Shown: in pieces, positions 38,772 through 51,586 of the stretch
Position numbering within the stretch: position 1 is the stretch's first letter
Layout: every line of letters starts with the position of its first letter
Made by a program: the position numbers and the translations under genes
Notes under the pieces: generated by a model
What the model was told of the DNA's origin: nothing
The model's database searches: none
What the model saw: only the letters and a program-made list of their open reading frames with translations
Assembly (NCBI GenBank): GCA_030704615.1
Contig: CM060731.1
Location: forward strand, 69,564,001 to 69,628,000
From: Takakia lepidozioides
Lineage: Eukaryota > Plantae > Bryophyta
Direction of reading: 5' to 3'
DNA length: 64,000 nucleotides

Positions 38772-41363
38772 TCACCAGTAATCACCACATGAACACAGTC
38801 CATCTTCGAAGTGGTGAAACCGGTTGGCATCCCGTACAACGACTTCTCGCCCAACAATCTTTGAGATAAACTTGGTGGCTGTGTGGCAGTCACCACACAC
38901 CCGAAGGTTCTTCATCACCCTGATAGGTGTCCCAGGGGGTGTGCTGATGAGCCCAAAAGCAATAGCCAGCTTCTCACTGTGGTGGCGAAGAGAAATTTCC
39001 TTTTGCTCCTCCTCTACATCATGCAGTACAAAGCATGTTTCAGGCACATACCCGGACTCCTTCATCTGCCCAGACAATCTCTGCAGCTCAGCATGGATTT
39101 CCTCAATTTGTGGGTGTGATTTGTCTTCTACAACAAATGTATGCACCTGGTTGGCAACCTCAATAGAGCTGCGCCCTTGCTCCTTTCTGATACCTCTGTC
39201 CTCCATCATCTTTCTCACCTTTGCTTTATCTTCCCACCTGCCAGCTGCAGCATAGATGTTCGATAAGAGCACATAACTTGCAGTGTGCTCTGGGTCACAC
39301 TTTAGGAGGCATTTTGCTGCATGTTCTGCTAGTTCCACATCACCATGAATTCTGCAGGCACCAAGCAAGGCCCCCCACACTGGAGTACCTGGTTCAATAG
39401 GCATTCTGTTAATGAACTCTTCTGCCTCATCCAATTGCCCTGCACGGCCAAGAAGGTCCACCATGCAGCCAAAGTGTTCCACTGTAGGAGTGACACCATG
39501 ATGATGACACATTGATTCAAAATAGTGTTGGCCTTCATTCAAAAGGCCCACATGGCTACATGCACAGAGAAGAGATGTAAAGGTTATACCATCTGGCTTC
39601 ATCCTTACCTCTTGCATTTGTTCAAATAGTTGAAGGGCCTCCCTACCAAACCCATGCTGAGCATATCCTGTGATCATTGCACTCCATGAGACCATATCCC
39701 GTTTAATCATCTTATCAAACACTTGGCGTGCATCCTTAACACTCCCACATTTGGCATACATGTCAACAAGGCTATTGTCCATGATGATATCTGACCCAAT
39801 TCCAGCTTTGATGATGTCAGCATGGAACTCTTTGCCCTTCTCCAGGGATTCTAGGCTGGCACACACATTGAGAATGAGAGTGCAACTGACCCTATCAGGC
39901 GTTACCCCTTCCCGTTGCATTTTCTCATAGATTTCTAAGGCCTCCTTCCCACACCCATGTTGAGCATAACCACTGATCATGGCATTCCATGAGAACACAT
40001 TTCGTCGAGGCATATTGTGGAACACTTGATGCGCATCCGTCATGCTCCCGCATTTGGCATACATGTCAGCAAGGGCAGTCCCCAGAATGACATCTTGAGT
40101 AATTCCAGCTTTGATAAGGTCAGCATGGACCTGTCGACCCTTTTCGAGGGCTCCTAAGCTGGAGCATGCATTAAGAATGGAAATGAATGTAACCCTATCT
40201 GGTAGCACTCCTTCCAGTAGCATTTTGTTATAAATCTCCATAGCCTCCCTGCCACACCCGTGCTGGGCATATCCTGTGATCATTGCACTCCATGAGACCA
40301 CATCTCGTTGAGTCATGTTGTCGAACACTTGATGTGCATCCTTCATGCTCCCACATTTGGCATACATGTCAACTAGGGTGTTCTCTAAATTCAAATACGA
40401 TGGAATTCCAGCTTTGATGATGTCGGCATGGACCTCCTTGCCCTTCTCCAGGGCTCCTAGGCTGGCACATGCATTAAGAATACAAATGAATGTGACCCTG
40501 TTGGGAGTCACCCCTTCCTCTTGCATTTTCTCATAGATCTCAAAAGCCTCCCTACCACATCCTTGCTGGGCATATCCTGCTATCATAGCACTCCATGAGA
40601 CCACATCTCGTGTAGCCATATTGTCCAACACTTGACGTGCATCCTTCATGTTCCTGCATTTGGTATACATGGTGATAAGTGTATTCTCCAGAATGATATC
40701 TGGCGCAATTCCAGCTTTGAGAATGTCAGCATGAACCTGCTTGCCCTTCTCCAGGGCTCCAAAGCTGGTACATGCATTGAGAACACAAGTGAAGGTCACT
40801 GTGTTGGGCATGCCCCCCTGCTGTTGCATTTTCTCATAGATCTCCAAAGCTTCCTTACCACACCCATGCTTGGCATATCCTGCTATCATAATATTCCACG
40901 TAGACTTATCCCGTTCAGGTATTTTGTCAAACAGCTGGCGTGCATCCACCAAACTCCCGCACTTGGCATACATGTTTAGAAGGGTGTTGAGAAGGAAAAC
41001 ATTTGGCTTGAATCTACTTTGGATTATGTGGGCATGAACCTGCCTTCCTTTTTTTAGGTCTTTCATCCTGATGCACTCCTGCAAGAGACACACGTAAGTA
41101 TTGGAGTCTGCTGAAATGCCTTGTTGGTTCAAAATGTGCGGCGCCTCTTTCAGTTGTCCTGCCTTACATAGTGTCCTCACACTAGTGCCAGAAGAGTACT
41201 TGTTGACTCCCTCTCTTTGCCCTCTTTCAAAAGCAGTGGCAATGGTGGAGGTGCCTGATTCAAAAAACTTGTGCGATTCAACCTCGATAGATGCAAACCT
41301 TCACGTAACATCTCTCAAAGCTTCTGGATAAGTCAAGAAATATTTCTCCATGCGGCCAGACAT
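38772..41363 (-). CDS. PLS-E-DYW pentatricopeptide repeat protein (organellar C-to-U RNA editing factor type), intronless
   Basis: An open frame of more than 800 codons with five L-S-P triplets, L2-S2, E domains, a PG-box-like [21 protein letters not shown] and terminal CSCGDYW. The upstream in-frame ATGs (41363, 41351) are separated from it by a TGA at 41303-41301. Confidence 0.92.
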
Positions 41364-42248
41364 CCGGCTACAGCGTTTTCGCAAAACTACCGCAGCCATC
41401 TACGTCATCTGTCCAATTCTATGTATTTAAATTGCACCCGTCAATTTTTAGTATTGGTTTGAGCTCCATGGTCTACACCTACAATGATATAAAATCAGCT
41501 GGACATTAAGCTCTCTCTTGCTTCTTCCTCCCTCTAATTCAAACCCAATGGAAGGTGGACAAGGTGACGATTATACTGAATATCTCTACAGACTGGTGGC
41601 TTCTTCGACCATACTGGGTGTGGGTGTCAGCATGGAGCCTTAGTATGCACACGATCTTTAGACCCAGAAAAACACGCCAAAAGTTTCGGTGTCTATACCT
41701 TGCTTCGGGACATATAAAGGATTTCGAGAAGTCATAGCATCAGCTTGCGACGGTATCGGCTCAGCCATTGCCAAGGTGGATGTCCATCTCAGCTCCACAT
41801 ACAGGCTGCTACAGGATGCAAGGCCTCCCACCACTTCCCCGCAAGGAGAAGACAGGGCCTTCGCCACAGCCTCTCCCTGCGTACTCATCTCCAGATACCC
41901 CCAACACGCTGCCATCGCTGCGCTGCACATCCCACCTCCCACCGTCGACGCCATCGCCTCAAAGCTCCCCCCCTTACCAAGCTTCACACTCACCGTTCCC
42001 TTCCATCCTGGACCCGCTGTTCGTAATAATGTTTTTCTTTTTTAAAGCAAATTAGAACCAAAAGTATTTAATGAAAAAAGTTACTATCTGACCAGCACTC
42101 AACTTTTTACCTCTTTGTGTATGTGGCAGATAACTTGTCCTCAGCAACGTTGTCCTACGTGGGAAGCAAAGCAAAAGTAAATTTTGCTTAACGTCCAGTG
42201 AATTTACGGAGCCTACTGCTCAAGTATTTAGTGGCTCTAAAGACGACC

Positions 42249-43048
42249 AGAGAACAAGCGCCTTGCACTTGATCATTTGCCTTCACAGCTTCGACCAGAA
42301 GGTGAGCATCTCCCCCGAGATCGCGTGTAGCATTGTGAGTCGCATTATGAGTTGCAATCTGCAGTAAGGTTGAGGATACAGTAAAGAAGAATCTTTCTCA
42401 GACCTGTGGTTTATTATTAATTAATACAATCTGCTCTGAAGTGGTAACGTGATTATCTGTATTGCAAGAAGTATCTACCTGACTCCGCGGTTATTCTCAC
42501 TGATTCGCAATCGCAACAATAATATTGTGGTCGACAATTGATCACCGATAGCATGGCACAGTGACCGACAATCAAGTCTCTCAGTAGTTTTCAATTCATG
42601 CATCGTAGTACAATTGGTGACAGTCTCTGCTGTGCTGATTGGTACGACGAAATCGAGTTGCAGAGAGAACAATCGCCTTGCACTCGATCATTTCCCTTCA
42701 CAGCTTCGACCAGAAGGTGAGCATCTCCTCCGAGACCTCGCGTAGCATTGTGAGTCGCATTATGAGTTGCAATCTGCAGAGAATCTGCAGTAAGGTTGAG
42801 GATACACTAACGAAGAATCTTTCTCAGGTGGTTTATTATTAATGCAATCTGCTCTGAAGTGGTAACGTGATTATCTGTATTGCAAGCCTGACTCCGCGGT
42901 TTATTCTCATTGATTCGCAATAATATTGTGGTTGACAATTGATCACCGATAGCATAACAGAGTGAACTCAGACTTAGTTTTCAATTCATGCATCGTAGTA
43001 ATTGGTGACAGTCTCTGCTGTGCTCGATAGGTACGACGAAATCGAGTT
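42249..43048 (+). repeat. Diverged tandem duplication of ~400 bp (42249-42659 and 42661-43048)
   Basis: Both copies contain CTTCACAGCTTCGACCAGAAG|GTGAGC...GGTACGACGAAATCGAGTT. Confidence 0.9.
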
Positions 43049-43376
43049 ATTGTAACAATTGATTAGGCAGACGTGTGTGAACTTGTGTATAACCCTCCAC
43101 TTTGAACAATCTGGCCCGTCGTTCTCATGAATAGTGCTCACAACGTTCCAGCAACGTTCTCAACCCCTACAATCGGACAACATTTGACACTGATGAAAGA
43201 GACGTCAATGTGAGGGAGATTGTATGGTAGTCTCAAGTGGTCGATCTCTGTTAAGAGTATCTCCAGGATGTCCACTATCGTGAATCTGTCAATATTGTTT
43301 ACTACACTGCTCTAGGCTAGTTGAGATGTAGATTTGCAACACTGAACGGTGACATTCTCGGCAACATAGATCCAGG

Positions 43377-44142
43377 ATGAGCCTGAATTTGAGCTTGATG
43401 CTTGGAGCTCTTGAAGAGGCTGAAGATGAATCCAGCGATCGATTTGGAGGCAGAGGCCAATCTTCTACTCCTACTCCAGAGGACAAGGTAAAAATTGAAT
43501 GAAAGAAAACAACAGTACCGGTGGTGTTCACGAACAATGCTACCGTAAATTTTTCCCACTTGGTCACATGAATGCTGCCTGAAGGTGGTGCACTGAAATT
43601 GTACTTAAGTACTTACTGTTTATTTTGCGCAGACAAAGCAGCCTGACAGCAAGCCTGGGGTCGAGTATCTGACTGTGCAGTCGATTGCCAGTCTCAAGAG
43701 GGCGTTTGTCGACTTGTGTGACAAGAATGGAAATGGTTACATTACCCCAGAGGAATTTGACATGCTCATTGAGTCATTGTTTGGATACACGAATGGCTCA
43801 GAGACTCGGAACCTGATAAACAAGGTCGATGCCAGTGGAACTGGTACCTACCGGATTGATGAGTGTCTTCATGACTTGATGCAGGCTTGCAAGGATTTCA
43901 AGGACAGGTTCGAGGTGATAACAGCGAAGTACTTGGAAGTCGTTACTGACGGGAACCGACCGACTGACCCTGGCTCTGTTTCCGCGCTAAGGGATGCGCT
44001 GCAACAGATGGCTGGAGAATTGACAGTCGATGAAGTCAACGATATTATCCGTGTGGCCGAAGTCGATGGAGATGGAGATGGTCAGATCAATGACGAGATG
44101 TTTTTGAAGGAGGAAACCGACCGACTGACCCTGTCTCTGTAG
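43377..44142 (+). CDS. Divergent calmodulin-like EF-hand protein (exons 43377-43487 and 43633-44142)
   Basis: LTVQSIASLKRAFVDLCDKNGNGYITPEEF..INKVDASGTGTY..LTVDEVNDIIRVAEVDGDGDGQINDEMF, with a phase-0 GT-AG intron. The last EF-hand is tandemly duplicated out of frame (44115-44262). Confidence 0.7.
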
Positions 44143-44806
44143 GAACGCGCTGATACAGCTGCCTGGAGGATTGACAGTCGATGAAGTTGACGATATTATC
44201 CGTGTGGCCGAACTCAATGGAGATGGAGATGGTCAGATCAATGACGAGATGTTCTTGAAGAAGATAGATAGATAGATAGATAGGGTCAGTTGGATAGATA
44301 GATGGCCGAAGAAGATAGATGGCCGGTGCACCTCCAGTGCATTCTCCGAACCTTGGTACTAGTGCTCTCATGTTTTCTTTCCCTGGTAGAGCAATGGCAA
44401 GCTTGCATTAAGCTGCATGCTCAACACCTTCGACAGTCATTCTCACGGTGAAAGCTTGCGGTAGTTTCGCATTGATAAACTGAACAGCTACTCTGAGCAG
44501 CCCTTTTTGGCAGCGTACCAACGGGGTCCAGTTCGATTGCATGCATAGATATGGTATGTGGATACACGGGTATACATACGTCAAGAATATTGAATATGAG
44601 AAAGGTTTCTGCGGACAGTCCGCCACGTTTGCTGTTCAAGCTCCAACCTCGTCCCAGTCGCGGCTGCTTTGTTTATCCGGCACAAAATTCGTAAGTATGT
44701 ACTATGTACCCTGGTACCAATACTCTGTGCGTGTGTTGCCATTTTGAGTTTTTGCAGACATGCCTGTATGATGAAGTAATCCTAATCAGGAAGTCCTTTC
44801 TTGATT

Positions 44807-46681
44807 TAATCTATGCTCGCTTAGGCAGGAATTAACGAATTGACCTTTCTTAGTGTCTGATAGAAGAATATGGCAGCGCAAACTTAGTGGGCCTCTGTAT
44901 GCCAGGTTACACTTGAAGAGACCAAGGCCAGTCCAAGGAATAATGGGGCAATCTTTCCAAAAAACAAAATTTTGACAACAATCCAAGAATGTAAGCAGCC
45001 ACCTGATCAGCACCCACATATGCCAGCCATCCAGGAAATTTAGCCCGCCTCCTCAGTTGCCCAGTAAACAGCAATACCAAAACCTGCAGGACCACGCTCA
45101 GTAGCAAGCCAGCCCGCTGGAAGCCCCGAATCCAAGAGTCTAATTACAGAGATGGGAGTTTTTGAGACCCGCTTCACATACTTCTAGAAGATCCCTAACC
45201 CAGGAAGGAAGTTGAAAACCAGTAGACCTATGAATCCAAAGATGATCTCCTGTCAAAACATTGCATAATAGAATGGCAAAAATACCTTTTTTCCCGATCA
45301 GCAGCTGGGGAAACTGTGCGTTGGCTGCGGTCTCTTGCTCTATCATGCCAGTCTCGACTTCGGCTGCGGGAACGACTTCTCCACCTATCACGCTCTCCAT
45401 GCCTGTCTCTCTCACGGTCATCATTGTGATCACGTCTGTAGTAATCCCTCTCTCTATCTCGGTCTCTGTCACTGAAAAACTCGCGATCCTTCTCTCGGTT
45501 CCGTTCTCGGACCCGATAGTACTCACGGTCCCGGTCCCTATCCCGGCATAGCCCATGAGCCACATATGGAACACATAAAATTGTTTCCTCCAGTGCAAAA
45601 AATCTCTAGAGAAACTGCTTTTTGAGAGAAATCAACCATCTGCTCGAGTTCAAACTGCTAAATTATGAATGAGGCATCGACAAGATAAGTCTACATAAGG
45701 GGGAAGAACAGTGCAGATCCAACTCTCCTTCCTTTTACAAATAATAACAATAAGTGCATATGATGGAGGGAGTTGCGCGGAGCTATGCTGCGTTGGGGGT
45801 CCGGTGCTTGACTCACGAAGTCATTGGATGCAGCGAGGACCTCAACGCAGCATCGTTCCGCAGAGCCCCCTCCACCATGCAAAGGATTTCCCGCCCCTCC
45901 GCTAGCCGCTTAAGAGGTTACTTCCTCTTTCCTATTTCCTCACTAGCGTTTTTTTTTGCGCAAAAAGGGAAGACAATACGAACAAGGCGCAGGCCCTGCC
46001 ATCTACATATGTAGGCAAGACAAGTTCGGAATTTCTATATTAAGGCCTGCCATCTATATATGTAGGCAAGACAAGTTTAGAATTTCTATATTAAGGCCCT
46101 GCCATCTATATATGTAGGCAAGACAAGTTTAGAATTTCTATATTAAGGCCCTGCCATCTATATATGTAGGCAAGACAAGTTTAGAATTTCTATATTAAGG
46201 CCCTGCCATCTATATATAGGCAAGACAAGTTTAGAATTTCTATATTAAGGCCCTGCCATCTATATATGTAGGCAAGACAAGTTTAGAATTTCTATATTAA
46301 GGCCCTGCCATCTATATATGTAGGCAAGACAAGTTTAGAATTTCTATATTAAGGCCCTGCCATCTATATATAGGCAAGACAAGTTTAGAATTTCTATATT
46401 AAGGCCCTGCCATCTATATATGTAGGCAAGACAAGTTTAGAGTTTCTATATTAAGGCCCTGCCATCTATATATGTAGGCAAGACAAGTTTAGAATTTCTA
46501 TATTAAGGCCCTGCCATCTATATATAGGCAAGACAAGTTTAGAATTTCTATATTAAGGCCCTGCCATCTATATATGTAGGCAAGACAAGTTTAGAATTTC
46601 TATATTAAGGCCCTGCCATCTATATATGTAGGCAAGATATAAATTTGGAATGTATATATTACATCTGTTTTTTTTTTTTTT
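44807..46681. repeat. Direct repeat copy 2 (inverted PRP38 exon plus expanded minisatellite)
   Basis: Near-identical to 28936-30295 except for minisatellite copy number. Confidence 0.95.
45992..46636. repeat. 52/50-bp minisatellite, about 12.5 units
   Basis: Unit GGCCCTGCCATCTATATAT(GT)AGGCAAGACAAGTTTAGAATTTCTATATTAA. Confidence 0.97.
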
Positions 46682-47949
46682 CATTTGGCTGCAGTCTTTG
46701 TTTTTCATATTTCCAAAATCGCTGGCAGGGCCACCTATGAATTGCCCATGTGGCGAGAATATCGAGGTGACAAAGTTAGAAAAGTGGCTATATTCCAAGT
46801 GTCACGTTATCATTGTTCCACGTTGGCAAAATTAGGCTCCTGAAATTTACCTCCTGGTGCTTTTTGGCGAAAATCTCAGATTTTACCCCCATAATTCCTT
46901 TGTACAAGTAGCTGACTGAGTTTCCAGGTCGAAATCTTTCGCCAGAAAGAAAAACACTGTTAAATTGGCTGGTTTAACCAAGCTGTATTTTGTCACATCT
47001 TTGGGTTGGTAGAAAAATTAATTTTCTTAGAGAGAGAGACATACGCAGAGAGGAGCATGTCCGCGAGAGGCCCAAAGGGCCGAAGGGACAAAGAAGGAAC
47101 CAGTGACAATCAACCAACTGTAAAACCACAAAACCGAAGGGCTGTGGAACTAGGTATCATTCTTCCACCCTAGCATTTTGTCTTCTTTAAGATTGTCGCT
47201 TCTGATGGGCATCATCACCATTCACATTCGTGTTATAATGTGTTTGTAAACTGAATGCACCAACCTCCAATTACAAAGACCCAATTTCAATTCATTCCAA
47301 CACGATAATTACTGCAGGAGAAGCAAGCCTAAAGAGTAACAGTCGAAAGAGATTCACTTGCAGCGGTCTACAAACGAACACTCGGTGGAAACACCGATCT
47401 CCAAGGAGGTAATGCTATAGAGCATTGGCAAACTCTTTAGTGCAGTCAGAGGTATCAGGATTCAATTCGGAGCGCTACAAGTCCTCATGACATGCATGCA
47501 CGTCGGGACATCGTCGGTTTGGTGGGAAGTGAGATAGAGGGGCAGAAAATGTTGCTTGTGTGTTCATCATGCTTCATCGCATGGGGGAGTTAGAGTCCAA
47601 GATTTGGGAGTTGGTATCGTCGTAATGGGTTTTCAAAGAAGGCTCGGGAATGCTGGGTATGCTGTACTTTTGCCCATCTCGTATGTTGTGCAAACCGCAT
47701 CAGAACTCCATTTAGGTCAGAACTGTTATGCGTGTGAAGCTTTCACAGTAAAGGTCTAGAGATGCACATATGAAATTGTGGTTGTGCATCATGCAGGGTT
47801 GTGGGATTTCGTCTTAGGAATTGGACCCAGTGGGTTGTTGGACATCAGGGGAGAGAAAAGGGTATTTGTTGCCGCAGCAGCAGTAATTCTTGTGGAGTGG
47901 AAATGAAAAACTCACAGTGGCAAGGAGAGTCTGCAGGAAAGCTTGGGAG

Positions 47950-48980
47950 AGTGGTGGCGAAGTGAGCACAGCGTGTAAGGAGATGCGATTGAAGGAGACA
48001 GTGCGCATATTGGATGTGATACAACAACGAGGCTTTCAGGATATTCGGAAACATGTGCTCGTCTTTTGCAGGGGTGTGCTAAAACCAAGCCCTTGGCAGA
48101 CGGCAAGGAGGTCCATGCCCACATCATTAAAAGTGGATTCGAGCCAGACATCTTCCTGTCAAACACCCTTGTTAGCATGTATGTGAAGTGCGGGATTGTC
48201 GTGGATGCGCTCCAAGTATTTGACAAGATGCCCAAACGGAATGTGATCTCATGGACTGCGATGATTGCAGGGTTAGCTCAGCAAGGACAAGCTGACAAGG
48301 CATTGGCTCTCTTTTGGCAAATGCAATGGGAAGGCGTGAAGCCTAACAAGATCACCTTCATGAGCATTCTCAATGCATGTGCCAACCCGGTTGGCTTGGA
48401 AGAGGGCAAGCGGCTTCATGCGTACATCATCAAAGCTGGATTGGAATCAGATGTCCGAGTTGGAACTGCGCTTGTCTCCATGTATTGCAAGTGTGGGAGT
48501 GTGGTGGATGCGCGCCTCTTGTTTGACACAATGCTTAAGCGAGATGTGATCTCGTGGAATGCGATGATTGCAGGATATGCTCAGCATGGCCATGGATATG
48601 AGGCTTTTGAACTCTTTCGGCGAATGCAACATGAAGGCATCAATCCAAACAAGGTCACTTTTATCAAAGCCACTAGCTCTGGAAGAGGGCAAGTGGCTCC
48701 ATGCGTGCATCATCAAAGCTGGATTTGAGTCAGATGTCACAGTAGGGAATGCCCTGGTAAGCATGTATTGCAAGTGCAGGAGTGTGGTGGATGCACACCA
48801 AGTGTTTGCCAAAATGCCTGAAAGAAATGTGGTGACGTGTATCAGCATCCTCAATGCATGCTCCAGTCCAGATGCTCTAGAACAGGGGAAGCGGCTCCAT
48901 GCAGCCATCTTCAAAGCTGGATTTGAGTCAGATACACGAGTGGGGAATGCCCTTGTGATCATGTATTACAGGGGTGGAAG
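47950..48980 (+). pseudogene. PLS-class PPR pseudogene cut off by an LTR retrotransposon
   Basis: GKEVHAHIIKSGFEPDIFLSNTLVSMYVKCG..NVISWTAMIAG..; frameshifts at ~48050 and ~48665; the PPR sequence stops exactly at the LTR start. Confidence 0.9.
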
Positions 48981-50850
48981 TGTCGCGGCCCTTCGCCTTG
49001 AGGGCAGGGGGTCGGGACACGAGAGGGGCTGCCCTGTGGTGGGGGCAGTGGCAACAATAGATGCAGGGGCTGAAGCACCCTTGAGTGCCCAAGGCACTCA
49101 AGGAGGCGGAGGCGCTCACTAGGTGGAGCCCCACACATCGGGTTGCGATGGGGGTGGTTCCACGAGGGGTGGTGGTAGCTTAGTGGGACTTAGTGGGGGT
49201 GGCATAGGACTCACCATGGGGGCGGAGACCTTGTGGTGGGAGTCATGGGGAGTCTTGGGACTCATCACGGTCCAATGGGACCGTGGTGGGTGGGCCAAGA
49301 CTCACCGCGACTCATCACCGGGAGTCGAGGGTTCTCGTGGTGGTTCGCCATAAAGGCGCATGGTTGTTTGTGAAACCCCCGCAGACAGTCACAGAAGTAT
49401 ATATAGGGAGTAATAACCCCAAGAAGTGGGGAGCTATTCCGGACTGCCATCTACCAAAGGGAATTTCCACTAGGCCGAATTTGGTGGAGGGTCAGTTGGG
49501 GGAAGAAAAAGGGGACTGTTATGTCCCGGTGAGCAGCCGAAGCTCCGAGTTGGCCCGGCGGCCAGGTTGGGAGTTAGGCGCGCGCATCAAAGCGAGTAAC
49601 TATGACTTGAAGGGGAGCTTACTGAAGTGAGGTGCGCGACACTTTGTATCAGAGCTTAGAGTTCAGTACGCGATCATCCTTGGGATCGGCCTCATCATGG
49701 GGTCGGGCAAGCCAAAGCGAAAGCGGCCCGAAAGATGATGATCCTGGTGAGCCGATGGGGGCGACGTGTCACCGAAGCGGCCATTTGAGGAAGCGATGCA
49801 TGCTTTGAAAGCGAGGCCACTCAAGAACGGGAGGAATCTGAGGAGTCGGAGCCCGAGAATCCCTGAGAGCTCCGACAGAACCAACAGATGTCTCCCATGC
49901 CAGCAGCCTTTTTGGAAAGGGTGTTTGGCGCAGTTTGGCGGGACATTGAAAGACATGTTGAGGGCGGCTAATGTCACTTCCACTAAGGCAAAGTTTAAGG
50001 TGAAGCCTAAGGAACCCGGCACCTTCGAGGGCGTCCGAAATCGGAAGGCACTCAACACCTGGCTCTTAGAGCTAAAGCAGTACTTCCGGGCGGCCAAGTT
50101 GAGTGACGAGGATCGGGTGGAAGTGGCTCCCACCTATCTGAGGGGCTATGCTCAACAATGGTGGGAGAAACGCCTTCACGACTGAGGTCCAAACCCGGAA
50201 ACCTTGAACTGGAGTAGGTTCAAGAACTGATGAAGAGACAGTTTGTGCCCCTCAACGCGTCCTGGCTCGCCCGGGACAAGATGAGGAATCTGAAGCAAAC
50301 AGATGACATTCGGGGATATGTTCAGGCTTTCAATGTGCTGTTGCTCGAAGTCGCGGACATGGCAGAACCAGAAATGGTCTTCAACTTTGTGGCGGAACTG
50401 GCCCCATGGGGCCAAGCGGAAGTTGGAGGAGAAGCCACCTAAGACTTTGAACGAGGCAATTGAGAGGGCTGAATGTTTCTCGGATGTCCCTAGGGGCGAA
50501 AGACAAGGCCGTACGGACTGAACCACAAGAAGACCCGGCAGGAGGGTGACTCCTTTCGACCGGAAAAGAGATGGGATAGGCCACGCGGCGACAATGGCAC
50601 GTGGAAATCGAAAGGAGGTCCTTCTCACGTCAAGGCGGCACCCGATGCTCCGAAAGGAAAATCAGGTGCGGCGGCTTATGGCGGACAGAATGCGACCTTC
50701 GATGGGGTGTGTTTTAATTGCGGGGAGCCCGGGCACATGGCTAAGAAGTGCGCAAAACCCCGACAACTAAACATGACTCGGGCGACCACAGAGCTGTCAG
50801 AAGATTCCATCAGCCGCTTGGTAGAAGCAGTGGTCACCAAGAGTTGCAAG
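48981..50850 (+). mobile_element. Ty3/gypsy-type LTR retrotransposon 5' part: LTR 48981-49641, PBS 49644-49655, degenerate gag
   Basis: The LTR is bounded by TGTCGCG...CGCGACA. PBS TTGTATCAGAGC has one mismatch to the tRNA-iMet type TGGTATCAGAGC. Gag motifs PGTFEG..WLLELKQYF..YLRGYAQQWW and a CFNCGEPGHMAKKC zinc knuckle at ~50708. No pol or 3' LTR. Confidence 0.88.
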
Positions 50851-51586
50851 GTAGGCAACTACTCTTGTGAGTTGTGACTGGTCTTAATGATCTTCAAGAG
50901 GGTCACTCTCTGATGAAAATACCCAAGACTGTATATCAGAAAATGGAAACTTTCTTCAGGCCTCTTGCACATCGGGCATTGACAATGTCTTTTTTCCTCT
51001 CAGCATCTGATTATTGTTCAAAGTGAGATTCCACAGCAAGTTTTATCGAGGACAAACAGATTTTTTTAAATTAATTTATTAGATTTTATTCTATTTTTAA
51101 ATGAATAAACTTGATATAATATTAAAACATACATATACATATTTGAGGGTATTTTTTAATTATTGAAAAGGAAAATATACATACAGAAGGCGGTACTTTT
51201 TAAAAATTAAAATTTTCTGTATATTTTATAGGAGGGGTTTTATAATCTTCAAAATGTATGTACAGAGGGGGTATAAATGATCCAAGGACCCGTATACAGG
51301 GGTTTTTTTTAATTAGGCGGCGAACGCACGTGATACGGACATTTTATAAAGAGTGCACCCCCCAGGGTGGATTCGTGCTTGTCAAGGCGGACTGTCGTTG
51401 CTTTGCGTGCCCGGTCAAATTTGGCCTTGTTTGCGGCATCAGTCTCTCCTGCAATGAGTGCATCCCACGATACCTATCCCCCCCCTCCCCCCAACAATTA
51501 GTGAATTACACACATACGTTGCATCGAATCCACCTCATTAATGCACATGCGACAAATGGAAGGTGACATGATTCAGGATTTGCCAA

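Noticed and set aside
41301-41303. Stop codon repaired by U-to-C editing
   Set aside because: U-to-C stop removal is established for organellar transcripts, not nuclear mRNAs; nothing here supports it.
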